From: Mustelus asterias
Taxonomy: Eukaryota
DNA: 60,681 nt
Direction of reading: 5' to 3'
Assembly (NCBI RefSeq): GCF_964213995.1
Contig: NW_027591068.1
Location: 62,001 to 122,681 of the forward strand
Shown: one piece after another, positions 23,895 through 33,950 of the stretch
Position numbering within the stretch: the first letter of the stretch is position 1
How the letters are laid out: the number at the start of each line of letters is the position of its first letter
Program-made: the position numbers and the translations under genes
Notes under the pieces: model-generated
Seen by the model: only the letters and a program-made list of their open reading frames with translations
Database searches by the model: none
What the model was told of the DNA's origin: nothing

Positions 23895-25110
23895 TTAGAA
23901 CATAGAACAGTACAGCACAGAACAGGCCCTTCGGCCCACGATGTTGTGCCGAGCTTTATCTGAAACCAAGATCAAGCTATCCCACTCCCTATCATCCTGG
24001 TGTGCTCCATGTGCCTATCCAATAACCTTTGACATCACTTTCGGCACCTTTGACAATTTACCATCCCCGGCAGAGTTCACTGCCGCATCTGAATGGATCC
24101 TCACTTTCATCATAAGCCGACCATGGGGGACCTTATCAAACGCCTTACTAAAATCCATGTATATGACATCAACTGCCCTACCTTCATCAACGATAGGATT
24201 CGCCAGGACTCTGGTCCCAGCACGATTCAGACGAAGACCATCCCATCTGAACATGTTTCATCTTCCCCAATACTGGTGCCAATGTCCCATGAATTCAAAC
24301 CCATTCCTCCCACACCAATCTTTGAGCCACGTATTTACCTCCTTAATCTTATTGACCCTGTGCCAATTCGCTTGTGGCTCAGGTAGTAATCCAGAGATTA
24401 CCACCTTGTTGGTTCTGCTTTTTAATTTGGCTCCTAGCTTTTCATACTCCCTCTGCAGAACCTCTGTTCCTGTTCTGCCTATATCGTTGGTACCTACATG
24501 GACCACTACAACTGGATTCTTACCCTCCCACTCCAAGTTCCTCTGCAGCCCAGATGAGATATCCTGGACCCGAGAACCAGGCAGGCAACACAACCTTCGG
24601 GATTCTCGATCTTGGTCACAAAGAACAGTGTCAATGCCCCTAACTACACTATCCCCAATTACCACTACATTTCTTTTGTCTTCTTCCACCTGAACTGCTC
24701 CCTGTACCAAGGTGCCGGGGGCAGTTTGCTCGTCCTCCTTGCAGTCCCCGTTCCCATCCACACTGGGAGCAAGAATCTCAAACCTGTTGTACAGATTCAG
24801 GGACTGAGGCTCTTGCAACTCTACCTTCTGGATCCCAATTCCTGCCTCACTCGCAGCCACACCCTCTTGTCCCTGACCCCCGGCTGAATTAGTTAGTCTA
24901 AGGGGTGTGACTGCCTCCTGAAACACAGCGTCCAGGTAACTCTCCCCCTCCCAGATATGTCGCAGTGTCTGAAGCTCAGACTCCAGCTCATCAACCCTGA
25001 GCCGGAGTACCTCAAGCAACCAACACTTACTGCAGACATGCTCACTGGGAACCACAGTGGGGTCCACCAGCTCCCACATCATGCAGGAACAACACATTAT
25101 TTCCCAAGAG
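23895..25110 (-). mobile_element. Internally deleted CR1 LINE: ORF1 (Cys-rich N-terminus + SGNH esterase), RT fragment and 3' tail
   Basis: CCSCMMWE..VCSKC, coiled coil, VVVIGDSVVRG..VVVHVGTND. Then DEGRAVDVIYMDFSKAFDKVPHGRL. CR1 tail at 23895-24025. Confidence 0.9.
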
Positions 25111-25541
25111 GAGGTAAAGTTTTGCCCCCTCTCTCGTCGGGAATGAGAAATTCCTCCTGAATACACTCAACAAATTTCGCTCCATCCAACCCTTTAATAC
25201 GATGGCTGTCCCAGTCAACCTCTCACACAGTTTCACTTCAAATGCCCAAAGCGAGAATCATGCCCCTCGACCAATGAGCCTACGCAACCGGCGCTTTCAC
25301 CGAAATATAACTGGTTTGCTTGTATCCAAAGCAGCTCAGAAATCCTTGGTAAAAGCCCGAAATTGTTGAACAAACGCAGCACGTTAGTATTTTGCTAACT
25401 CGACTGTTTGGAACTGGGCGCTGTCGTGTATAAAATACAGATGTTACCCGCTACACTACACAAAGAATGTCGAGCGCCAAACTGAATGAACGTGAATATT
25501 TTCTTATGAGTCCACCTCCTCCAAAGACAACCTTTTCCCAG

Positions 25542-25706
25542 ATATGGGTCACTGAGATTCTGTCACTCAGCCGCTGTCCTCAGCAGTAAAGTAAGAAGTC
25601 TCACAACACCAGGTTAAAGTAAGAAGTCTCACAACGCCGGCATCTCCACATCATCTCAGCAGTAAAGACAGAAGGAGAAGCGGTGACTTTACAATGTATC
25701 TATAAT
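25542..25706 (+). pseudogene. V FR1 fragment (V4-like) disrupted by a 64-bp Penelope remnant
   Basis: ttcccAG|DMGH*DSVTQPLSSAVK[insert 25591-25654]TEGEAVTLQCIYN. TSD CTCAGCAGTAAA at 25579-25590 and 25655-25666. Confidence 0.75.
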
Positions 25707-25844
25707 ATTAAATGTTACTCTCTGAAAAGGGGAAAAATCCAAACATATCAACTGAGTCGCCTTTGTACCTTCTTGTTTGTAAGGAAAATAAACCAAATTA
25801 ATCTGTTGATCCCTGGCATTATTCTGATTTATAACCATAAGCCT

Positions 25845-26160
25845 TTAAGACGATAAGATATAGGAATAGCATTAGACCATTCGACCCATCGAGTCTGCTC
25901 CGCCATTCAATTGTGGCTGCTAAGTTTCTCATCCCCGTTCTCCCGCCTTTTCCCGGAAACTTTGATCCCCTTACAAATCAAAAACATATCTACTCAATGA
26001 CCTGACCTCCACATCCTTCTGTGGCAATGAATTCCATCGATTCACCACCCACTGGCTGAAGAAATTCCTCCTCATCTCTACTTTAAAGAATCGTCCCTTT
26101 ACTCTGAGGCTGTGCCCTTGGATCCTCGTCTCTCTGACATGGAAATATCTTCCCCAGCAC
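25845..26160 (-). mobile_element. CR1 LINE 3' fragment
   Basis: GHSLRVKGR..EMRRNFFSQWVVNRWNSLPQ plus tail. Confidence 0.85.
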
Positions 26161-26678
26161 CGCGCACTTTTCCCAAAGTCTTGGAATGCTCTGGACTTCG
26201 GTGTACCCGGGATTTGAACAGAGAATTCCAGCAATGATGCCCGCATCATTTTACGATGTAAGTAGGAAACGTAACAAGGACTTTCTACAGAGCACCCATT
26301 CGGATTCCTGGGCAGCATTTGCGCCTTGGTCTGTGTTGGAGTAAACCCTGAATCGACTCAACAGCCAAATGCGAACTTGCATTAAACAACATTTGTCAGC
26401 AGAGGGCGCCAATCTCGAGCCCGGTTTTGGAGTGGGGAGGGATGTCGGGGGAGGGGCGGTGCTACAATCTCACGTGACATTATCACTGGAGCCTGTATGG
26501 ATGGTAGGCTGCTGAGGTCACAATAGACTCCACTTCCCCTCCCCACACTCACACCCACACAGACAAACTGACTCACACTCACTCACACTGCAATCAACGG
26601 AGCAGAGCCTGGGTTCCCGCTCCCTTCCTCACTCTCTGACTCCTCCATTCTCACTCACTGGAATAAATCCACTCGGAC

Positions 26679-27166
26679 ATGTTTCTGATCATTCTGCTGG
26701 CGCTCTTGCACAGTAAGTACCGGACAACGTTCATCAAACCACGGAAACATATTTATACACAAAGATGCCAATTTAATTAACCATCAAAAATATCCATGTG
26801 AGGTGGAGATGGGAGGTTCCACAAACTATAAATTGACATGAACTCTTGATATTTCATTCCTCTACCTTTACAGGCGGACTGTGCGCAGATCCAGTAACTC
26901 AGTCACCGGTGACAATAACAGCATCAGAAGGGGATTCGGTGCAGTTGGATTGTAACTATACAGACAAGGAAATGAGCTTCATGCAATGGTATCAGCAGAA
27001 ACCGGCACAGCCACTGAGAGGGATTATTACCACAACATTAGTAGTGAAGGAAAATAAAGTTTTAGGACGATATCTGGCGGCTGCTGACAAGTCCACACAG
27101 AGCGGCTCCCTCAATATAAGCGCCCTCAGTTTGGAGGACGGGGCGGTCTATTACTGTGCAGTGAGG
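26679..27166 (+). CDS. TRAV/TRDV: TCR V segment V8 (alpha-like, divergent family), apparently functional
   Basis: Leader 26679-26712 (MFLIILLALLH a|GTAAGT). V exon 26874-27166: DPVTQSP..QLDCNY..MQWYQQKP..EDGAVYYCAVR. Confidence 0.93.
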
Positions 27167-27205
27167 CACAGTGTTGGGTTACAGCGAAAACCCTGTACAA
27201 AAACC
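27167..27205 (+). other. Consensus 23-RSS of V8
   Basis: CACAGTG + 23 bp + ACAAAAACC. Confidence 0.97.
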
Positions 27206-27284
27206 TCAGCGAGTATTTACAACTCCATGAAGATGTTTTGATCACGAGTTCACGAAGGCGGCGATTCTATTTACCAGACAATTT

Positions 27285-27661
27285 GACCTTGTTCAAATCA
27301 TCATAGAAGCACTTTGGTAAATCTCGAGATTAAACCCCATGCCGCGATTTATATAGTAAGCAGATACCAGGAGTATCGAGCTATCAGCTGAAGGATGCGC
27401 TCAGAAGTGGAGGTAATATAGCAGAAAATTACCGGCTGTTCATCCAGAATTGTTAACTCAGCTGAGCCCACGGACACCGACTCCTCGGCATTCGTTCCTA
27501 TAACTCAATGCAGAATGGATCAAAGTCTGCTGAAGTTCATAACAAATGAGATGTAGAATAACCTCCACACAGACTCACTTAGCAACACGACTATTGTTAT
27601 AAATCCGGGACACAGAGACTCACCTCGCAGCACGAAGATAGTCTATTCCCACAGCTGACAT
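27285..27661 (-). pseudogene. V relic of the V2/V5 family with degenerate leader
   Basis: Leader relic 27661-27624 ending GAG|GTGAGT. Exon from 27497: GTNAEESVSVGSAELTILDEQPVIFC..SRDLPKCFYDDLNKVK (compare V2 SPDFPDRFSAELDKDK). Confidence 0.65.
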
Positions 27662-27689
27662 TGGTGTATTGTGTGGTGGTGAACTGCCT

Positions 27690-28260
27690 TCTTGTGGTCC
27701 CTGATGTGCAGGTACACACACTGTGCTGTTAGTGAGGGAGTTCCAGTGATTTGACCCAGTGACCGTGAAGGAACATCGATATATTTCCATGTAGGGATGT
27801 AGAATAACTTGGAAGGGAACCTCGAGGTTGTGGTGTTCCCATGTGCCCGCTGCCCTTCTTCTCCTAGATGGCAGTGCTCGTGTGTTTGGATTGTGCTGCC
27901 TAAAAAAAAACCTTGGTGAGTTGCTGCAGTGTATCCTGCAGATGGTGCACACGGCTGTCACTGTTCGTCTGTGGTGGCAGGAATGAATGTTCATGCAATG
28001 GGTAGCAATCAAGCGGGCTGATTTGTCCTGCATTCTGTCGAGCCTCTCGAGTGTGGTTGCAGCTACACTCATCCAAGCAAGTAGAGGGTATTCTATCTCA
28101 TCCCTGAATTGTACCTTGTAGATGGTGGACAGGCTTTGGGGAGTCAGGAGGTGAGTTCCTCGCCGCGGGATTCCTAACCTTTGATCAGCTCTGGAAGCCA
28201 CTGTATTTATATTCCTGGGTCCAGTTCAGTTTTCTGTCAACTCCCAGGATGTTGATGGGG
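27690..28260 (-). mobile_element. Non-LTR retrotransposon RT C-terminal fragment (CR1/L2 group)
   Basis: LGIPRR..LSTIYKVQ.R..IEY..LAW..TTLERLDRMQDKSARLI. Confidence 0.75.
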
Positions 28261-29179
28261 TGGTGGTTGAATATCTGTTAAGTCCCATCTCATGTGTACC
28301 CATATACAGATGGATAGACATAAGATGGTTGCCTGGCACACAAACAGTCACCTGGGAAAGAGACATTAAAGTCAAATCGGTTCTCTAGTGTCGTCCCTCT
28401 ATTCTGGGGTTGTGTGCCGTGTGCTAGATTCTCCTACTAATGGAAATATCTTCTCCACATCCACTCTGTCCAGGATTTTCAGTCTGCTGTATTTTTCAAT
28501 GACATTCCCCCCTCATCTCTCTAAACTCCATCGAATGCAGATCCAAAGTCCTCAGCTGTCTGCGGTTTTATTTGATCGGCCTAACACGCTCAGATTGAAT
28601 GTTATTTATTTTTTGTGACGGTTTCTCAAGAACACTAATCTCATTGTGCGTGACCTGGTGACGCTGAACTCTTCGTCCTCCGCGGTAGATTTCAGGGGGT
28701 TGCGATTGTAAATAAAACAATACGCGATTTGTACAACAGTGGATTTAGATGTTGATCCCGTGAGGGGAATAAATGCAGCAACACAGAAAGCTTCAAGCTG
28801 AGGAATGAAGATAAACAAAGAACAAAGAACAGAGAACAGTACAGCACAGGAAACAGGCCCTTCGGCCCTCCAAGCCTGTGCCGCTCATTGGTCCAACTAG
28901 ACGAATGGAAAGACAGTGGGTGAACTCGAGGCCGAGACCGTGATAGAAGTCAAGGCACAGATTAGGAGGAACAGATGGAGTTACAGGGATATAAACACGA
29001 GGAAAGGGAATGAGAGAAATGTGCGAGAGGCAAGGAGATAAATAGAGGGACAGACAGTAAGATAAATGAGGGAGAGACGGAGACAGGAAGGGAAATAGAT
29101 GAAGGTTCGGTGAAGGAACTGTGAAGGGAGCAGTTGCAGATTTATGGAGACAGTACAGACGAAAACATAAAGAGAGAAC

Positions 29180-29366
29180 AAAGATGTGCGGGTTCGGTTG
29201 ATTGGCCGTGCTAAAAAATGCCCTTAGTGTCCTGAGATGTGTAGGTTAGAGGGATTAGCGGGTAAATGTGTAGGGATATGGGGGTAGAGCCTGGGTGGGA
29301 TTGTGGTCGGTGCAGACTCGATGGGCCGAATGGCCTCTTTCTGCACTGTAGGGTTTCTCTGATTTC
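29180..29366 (+). mobile_element. 5'-truncated HE1-like SINE
   Basis: Matches 540-720. Confidence 0.8.
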
Positions 29367-30472
29367 TCCATCTGTTCCTCCTAATCTGTGCCTTGACTTC
29401 TATCACGGCCTCGGCCTCGAGTTCACCCACTGTCTTTCCATTCCTTTACCTTCATTCCTTAACACAACATAATATAACATAGTACATGATACCGACAGGA
29501 TTATTTCCGAGAGCTTCTGGACGCCCGAGGAAACCAGATCAACAACATAACCGCCTCGTAAAGCTTCCCGGACCCGCTGCAGTAAACACACAAACATGGT
29601 GAGGCACCGCCATCTGGCGGCAATCTGAGGTAACTGGTCATTTCCTGCAAAATCATCGAATTCTCAAATTACAGAAGGTCGCTACTACTGGTGATTATGT
29701 TGCATTATTCTTGTTCATCCTTTTACTATTCCAATGCAATTGAACACAGTTGAACGTATACATGAGAGATAATAACATCGTTATTTTAATTGCTGGCGAT
29801 TCGCTTTATTCAATTAATAGTGGTTATAAAACTCATTCTAAACAATATGAAGCCCTCAAGATTCCGATAAGATGCCTTTTCTAAAATGACAACACAAGAT
29901 GTAAATATGACCCTGGATTCACATTCATTTCCTATATTCTTTAGTTATTTACATTTAAATATTTCCATCATAATTTACCTCGCAACTTCTGGTTATTAAC
30001 GTTTTCTACATTTGTTGCACCAAAAGAATGAGTAACTTAGTGGATTCATTGAAATAAGAGAGTGAGGGAAATCGGATTGTCTGAACTCTGAATTTTAGGG
30101 AGAAGGGGAGAAAGATAAGAATGGAGAGCCAGTGCGAAGACAGAGACGGTCAGAAGCAGAGCAATGGGGGTTAGACAAACAGAGGCGGAATGACAGAGCG
30201 AGATAGACAGGCTCCAAACGAAGAGAGAGCAGGGGAATCTGAGAAAGACAGGGAGAAAGAGAAACTCAGAACTTATTAGTCGAGCGAACGCTGATTGATG
30301 CCCGACGATCATCAATCCTGAGAAAGCGGCCAATCCTGTCGCTGGGAAACGCCCCATAATTTCTGAGTAAATTACGTTTCCGCTGATGTGAATTTCCGCT
30401 TGAATATTAGAACAGAAATGTCAACACATTTCAAATACTGCTTCATTTCTGCCGAACCCGAAACCAGACACC

Positions 30473-31015
30473 ATGTGCTCCTTACTTTGTTTGCTGATAA
30501 TAATGGACTTGCTGCCCGGTGAGTCAATAAACTCTGACAAAGTGTCATCCTGACTTGAAACTTTATCTCTGTTCGCCTCTCACAGATGTTGTCAGATCTT
30601 CTGAAAATTTCGAGCATTTTCTTTTTTTGAGTCAATGTTTAAACGATCAGTGTCTGTCCCATGGGCTCTCTTCCCTCCCAGATACTGAGTGTGTTCTGTG
30701 TTTTGTTACAGGGGCAAATGCTGAAGATTCAGTGTTTCAAGATCGATCTGAATTATCGGTTCTGGAAGGACAGAACGTAACACTGGACTGTAAAAGCTCG
30801 ACAGCTGCTTTTCAAACTGTGTTCTGGTACATCCAGTATCCCGGGCAAGCTCTGAGATATTTGATGAAGATATATAGCTCGGGCAATACCGATAAGTCTC
30901 CGGATTTCTCAGATAGATTCTCGGCTGCTTTGCACAAAGGAAACAATACTGTTCCTTTGAATATCGCCAGAGCTGTTCTGTCCGACAGCGCCGTGTATTT
31001 CTGTGCCATGGAGCC
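30473..31015 (+). CDS. TRAV/TRDV: TCR alpha/delta V segment V9 (paralog of V5), open
   Basis: Leader 30473-30518 (MCSLLCLLIIMDLLP). V exon 30712-31015: ..VTLDCKS..FWYIQ..SDSAVYFCAMEP. Confidence 0.9.
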
Positions 31016-31053
31016 CACACTGGTACAGATGTAGCGAACCCCGCACAAAAACC
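31016..31053 (+). other. 22-bp-spacer RSS of V9
   Basis: CACACTG + 22 bp + ACAAAAACC. Confidence 0.9.
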
Positions 31054-32722
31054 CCAGACTGGGAGTTCCGGTTAGTGATCAGCAGAGGGCGCTCCCACAC
31101 TGATAAACAGAAATAATTATTTTGTCTCGACAGTGATGGTCACAGGGTCATAAACAAAATATCAAAACTAAACACAACACTCAACACGAACGGCTGAGCC
31201 ACAGTTGAATTTTTAACTTGCAACTATACTAAAAATACATTTACAGTTCCTTAACTCACGCTTCAACCTTTGATGACATTTTCTTGCCTGTGTGAATTAT
31301 TGTGCAGCACTTTCCCCATCTTCACTCTCCTTTTCAAGGTCTCTTTGATCAAAGGGTCTATTTGATCAGAGTATTTTGCTGCCTAAGGGACAGCTTATAT
31401 TGGCATATACATTTCGCAAGGTTATCATTGTGCTATTTAAAACAATCCCTGAGAACAGGTTGCCATCAATGTTCATTCTCATTTTGAATGTCTGTCAAAT
31501 GTTTTCTGACACAATTCACAACCCAGTGTTTCTCTGTTTCAATAATCAGACCAGCGACTTCATTCCCACCCCTGGCCCCAACAATATAGCGATTTTCCTC
31601 ACAAGCACACTGATTATATCTCAGCTTGGGTTATTTCTGCTCACTGGAAGCCAGGTCTCCAGCTTCAGGGCTAAAAACACCACTGCGACACATGTTTTTT
31701 TTATTTCAAAAATATACTTTATTCACAAAAAAAAACTCTCCAATAAAACATTGCAAAATGACAGATCCAAAGGTCATAAACAGTGCAAAAAAGAATCATT
31801 TTTACAGTACAATACAGTGCTTATTTACAAAAACATTACATTTTGTTACATTTCATTTCTTAAAACTATATACATGTGTCAGAGTTTACTGTGTGCCGTT
31901 ATTTTTCAGGTTGGCACACAGTTACTCAGGCCGAGGGTATTCTGCAGTTACCCGGCCCTCGGTCTGCCTCGGTTGAGACGGGGTGGGGAGGGGGAACTTC
32001 AGATAGGCAATTGTGGAATAAACACATTTAAAGTAATTTCCCAACCGTGATTTCAACCTAAAGTTTAAACACACTCCGATATGATTGATTCGGGTTTGAA
32101 CATGTATTTCAGATCTGAGTCATGGAAATTATGTCACTTACTTATTGTCCTCAAATGATGAGACAGAAAAAGAAGTAGTTTTTTTTACAAGTTTCAACTA
32201 TGACATTGCAAGGATTGTCTTTGTTTTATTCTGGAACTCACTGATCAATATCAGCTTTATGATATTGAACTGCGCTCGCAGGGAGTCTTACTCATGTTTG
32301 CAGACAATCGTGAAACAAACAACAGCAACAGCACCGGTCAGGCAGCCAAACCTCTCCATCTCCAGCTGGAGAAATTGGACTCTGAAGAGTTGATCAGAAT
32401 AAGGACTCACTTACGGAATTTATGATGGAAACCAATCCAACCCCGCACTTTGCATTGTGTTCGGGAGCTCCTGTCTGTCGGATTGTAAAATAGTAATTGC
32501 TTAGCGTTGCAAAGCCAATGCAGAGAGCGGACTGGCCAAGCCAGAATCCATCTCCTCATTGCCCCCAAAACCAATTCAAATTGAATCTAATTCATGGTCC
32601 TCGCAAAAAATCCAAGCTGACATGAAAGAGCATCGCACCTGATCTTGGACTCGATTTGATGCTTGATTCGAGCCCAAAGACCGAGGTGCCTGCTTTCTGT
32701 TTTAGTTATATCCAATCAAAAA

Positions 32723-33112
32723 CCAGGGGAACTGGATTAATTGTTAGATTACACAGTGATATGTCACAGAGCAGTAATCCAGGGGAACTGGATTAATTGT
32801 TGGATTACACAGTGATATGTTACAGAGCAGTAATCCAGGGGAACTGGATTAATTGTTAGATTACACAGTGATATGTTACAGAGCAGTAATCCAGGGGAAC
32901 TGGATTAATTGTTAGATTACACAGTGATATGTTACAGAGCAGTAATCCAGGGGAACTGGATTAATTGTGAGATTACACAGTGATATGTCACAGAGCAGTA
33001 ATCCAGGGGAACTGGATTAATTGTTAGATTACACAGTGATATGTTACAGAGCAGTAATCCAGGGGAACTGGAGTAATTGTTAGATTACACAGTGATATGT
33101 CACAGAGCAGAA
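32723..33112 (+). repeat. 56-bp tandem repeat, 7 copies, each containing CACAGTG
   Basis: Unit CCAGGGGAACTGGATTAATTGTTAGATTACACAGTGATATGTYACAGAGCAGTAAT. Heptamers at 32752, 32808, 32864, 32920, 32976, 33032 and 33088. Confidence 0.95.
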
Positions 33113-33950
33113 ATGGATGTTAAGTTTGCTGATGACACAACGATAGATTGGAAAATAAATGGTGATGAGGATGTAAGGGGACGATGAAGGGACATAAGTA
33201 GTTCAGTGAATTGGCAAAGCTTCGCCAAATTGTGTTTAATGTGGGCGGATGTGAAAATGTACATTTTGGCCTGATGAATATAAAATACACTTAATAACTA
33301 AATGGTGCGAGATCACAACATTCTGAGGGACAGAGGGATTGGGCCGTCCTTGGGCATGAATCAAAAGGGGCTAATATACAGGTACAGCAATTAATCAGAA
33401 ATGTCATGAAATGTTACCATTTATGACGAGGGAATGAATTATTAAATAGGAAGGGTCAGAAATTCCTCAGATATAGGAGCAGATTTAGGCCATTCGGCCC
33501 ATCGAGTCCGTTCCGTCATTCGATCATGGCTGATATGCTCCTCATCCCCATTTTCCTGCCTTCTCCCCATAACCCTTCAACCCATTACCAATTAAAAATC
33601 TGTCTAACCCCTCCTTAAATTTACTCACTGTCCCAGCCTCCTCCGCTCTTTGGGGTAGCGAATTTCACAGATTCACAACCCTTTGGGAGAAGTAGTTTCT
33701 CCTCAACTCTGTTTTAAATTTGCTGCCCCTTATCCTAAGACTGTGACCTCTCGTCCTAGAATGTCCCAGAAGAGGAAGCATCCTCTCCACGTCTACTTTA
33801 TCCGTACCTTTTATCATCTTGTCAGTGATCTCTCATTCTTCTAAATTCACGCATGTTTCCATTGTGCAAGGCACTGGAGAGACCACATCTGGAGTATTGT
33901 GTACAATACTTGATTCCTTATCTATAGAAAGATGGTAATGTGTTAGAAAA
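33113..33950 (+). mobile_element. CR1 fragment (paralog of 3047-3490) with a nested inverted CR1 3' end at ~33465-33845
   Basis: VKFADDTTI..; homology to 3047+ resumes after the nested piece (GAGACCACATCTGGAGTATTG). Confidence 0.8.

Larger units (their letters stand above)
29731..31613 (+). repeat. Segmental duplication copy 2 of 14936-16811
   Basis: Direct high-identity repeat. Confidence 0.92.

Noticed and set aside
28608-28690. Possible J segment or RSS (T-run ... CATTGTG)
   Set aside because: The best nonamer is 25 bp from the heptamer, and the flanking sequence has no FGxG/WGxG or YYC motif.
3991-31053. IgVH-like (TAILV/VH-delta) or IgNAR-like NAR-TCR V segments
   Set aside because: No segment shows WVRQ..GLEW or IgNAR-type frameworks, and promoters show CRE/CCAAT; all read as TCR alpha/delta-type.
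32723-33112. CRISPR-like array or D-segment array
   Set aside because: No unique spacers and a eukaryotic context. No 5' RSS flanks each unit, so these are not D segments.
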